The notes under the pieces are model-generated. The model saw nothing but the letters and a program-made list of their open reading frames with translations, ran no database searches and had not been told where the DNA came from. The position numbers and the translations under genes are program-made. A stretch of 64,000 bases of DNA from Balanoglossus misakiensis (lineage: Eukaryota; Animalia; Hemichordata), in the NCBI GenBank assembly GCA_040954595.2, contig JBECUI020000040.1:55026-119025 (forward strand). Reading direction: 5' to 3'. Numbering within the stretch: position 1 is the stretch's first letter; every line of letters begins with the position of its first letter. Shown one piece after another: positions 62,919 to 64,000 of the stretch.

Positions 62919-63473
62919 TTAGATTTTCTCAACATGTGAAAAAGGTAGGTCCACCGGAGTGTTCCGGCCAAAAATACCTACCATAACCCGAAGTCGCCCC
63001 TTCTCCTGATTCACGACTTCGATGGTCCCTTTGAAAGTTTCGAAAGGACCATCAATAATTCTTATTTCCTCTCCCGTATCAAAATCCTGCTTCAAGGCCG
63101 TACGGCGTTCAGGCTTAATAGCACCACTTTTCTGCAGAATAGCCTTGGCCTCATCAGAAGTTATGGGCTGAGGCTTGGAACCCTGACCCGTACCGACAAA
63201 ACCCGTTACCCCAGGAATTCTGCGGATAGCATTGCAGGCAGACTTCCAGCCCCTGTCGGGAAGGTCCATTTCCACGAGAATATATCCAGGCAAAAATTTA
63301 CGGTTTACTGTTCTTTTTTTCCCGTTACTGAGCTTGGTAATTTCCTCTGATGGTACCTTAATATCAAATACTATCTCACTCAGGGAATTATCCTCCAGCA
63401 AGATACGAAGATACTTTTCTACTTTGTTTTCATGACCCGTAAAGGCCTGTAGGACATACCAACCTTTTGCCAT
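62919..63473 (-). CDS. nusG: Transcription factor NusG
   Basis: WYVLQAFTGHE, FLPGYILVEM, IIDGPF, IFGRNTPV. Confidence 0.97.
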   Translation of the reverse strand: MAKGWYVLQAFTGHENKVEKYLRILLEDNSLSEIVFDIKVPSEEITKLSNGKKRTVNRKFLPGYILVEMDLPDRGWKSACNAIRRIPGVTGFVGTGQGSKPQPITSDEAKAILQKSGAIKPERRTALKQDFDTGEEIRIIDGPFETFKGTIEVVNQEKGRLRVMVGIFGRNTPVDLPFSHVEKI

Positions 63474-63488
63474 TTACATCCCCAACTC

Positions 63489-63668
63489 TTAGAAGAGTAG
63501 GTATAGACCATTGATAAGCAAAAAGTCTATAACACCGAAAAAAATAGCGAAAATTACCGTAGAAACAAGAACAACCTTTGTGGAGGCAACAACAGACTCG
63601 CGGCTGGGCCAGATAACTTTCTTGAGCTCCACAATGCTTTCCTTGAAAAACATCTTTATTTTCTTCAT
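63489..63668 (-). CDS. secE: Preprotein translocase SecE
   Basis: ELKKVIWPSR + single TM. Confidence 0.95.
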   Translation of the reverse strand: MKKIKMFFKESIVELKKVIWPSRESVVASTKVVLVSTVIFAIFFGVIDFLLINGLYLLF

Positions 63669-63701
63669 CCCTGCTGATCCTCCTAAGTCCCTCTCCAAAA
63701 A

Positions 63702-63774
63702 CAGGCCAGGTAGGATTCGAACCTACAACATCCGGTTTTGGAGACCGGCGCTCTGCCGTTAGAGCTACTAGCCT
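63702..63774 (-). tRNA. tRNA-Trp(CCA)
   Basis: AGGCTAGTAGCTCTAACGGCAGAGC...CTCCAAA...GGTTCGAATCCT...GGCCTG; canonical rpmG-trnW-secE position. Confidence 0.96.
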
Positions 63775-63783
63775 GAAAACAAC

Positions 63784-63960
63784 CTACTTGATTTTTGATT
63801 CTTTATGGACCGTTACTTTGCGCTCCCATTTACAATACTTACGGAATTCCAACTTCCCTTGAATATTCCGTCTGTTCTTGGTTGTTGTGTAATTCCTTCT
63901 ATCACATCCACTACATTTCAGAGCAATTTTTTCAACAGCACCTTTTTTTGCTTTTGCCAC
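63784..63960 (-). CDS. rpmG: 50S ribosomal protein L33 (not in ORF track)
   Basis: GTG start; IALKCSGCDRRNYTTTKNRRNIQGKLEFRKYCKWERKVTVHKE. Confidence 0.96.
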   Translation of the reverse strand: MAKAKKGAVEKIALKCSGCDRRNYTTTKNRRNIQGKLEFRKYCKWERKVTVHKESKIK

Positions 63961-64000
63961 ACAACCACCTCCTCTTAGAATACACGATACATCCTCAAGT

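Overview
This window is spirochaete (class Spirochaetia) chromosome, judged from the SpiroCoCo-type coiled-coil protein, the E/DUF2764/A/B/D/I V-ATPase order, and an r-protein superoperon lacking rpsD, adk, map, infA and fusA. 1-8.2 kb: a V-type ATPase operon divergent from ktrB/ktrA. 8.9-16.3 kb: a decaying accessory patch containing iolB, an iolD stump fused to an iolE pseudogene, iolG, a TonB-dependent receptor stump cut at an IS481 end, an acrB stump, an intact RND adaptor and a HisKA_3/LuxR two-component pair. 16.4-31.9 kb: housekeeping genes (tRNA-Val, RluA, yggS, SpiroCoCo, HAD, tonB/exbD/exbB, der, GerMN, rny). 32-33.8 kb: nested IS3/IS256 remnants carrying GTAG-type REP-like palindromes and a 22-bp tandem array. 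33.9-37.3 kb: a 1137-aa membrane protein with 21 x 16-aa acidic repeats. 37.4-64 kb: the rpmG-tRNA-Trp-secE-nusG-rplKAJL-rpoBC-rpsLG-tuf-S10-spc-alpha superoperon, heavily frameshifted, most likely by sequencing indels. I found no clear novel multi-gene system. The best leads are the acidic-repeat membrane protein, the REP-like array, and the palindrome/duplication at the acrB breakpoint. All family calls come from motif recognition by eye, not database searches.
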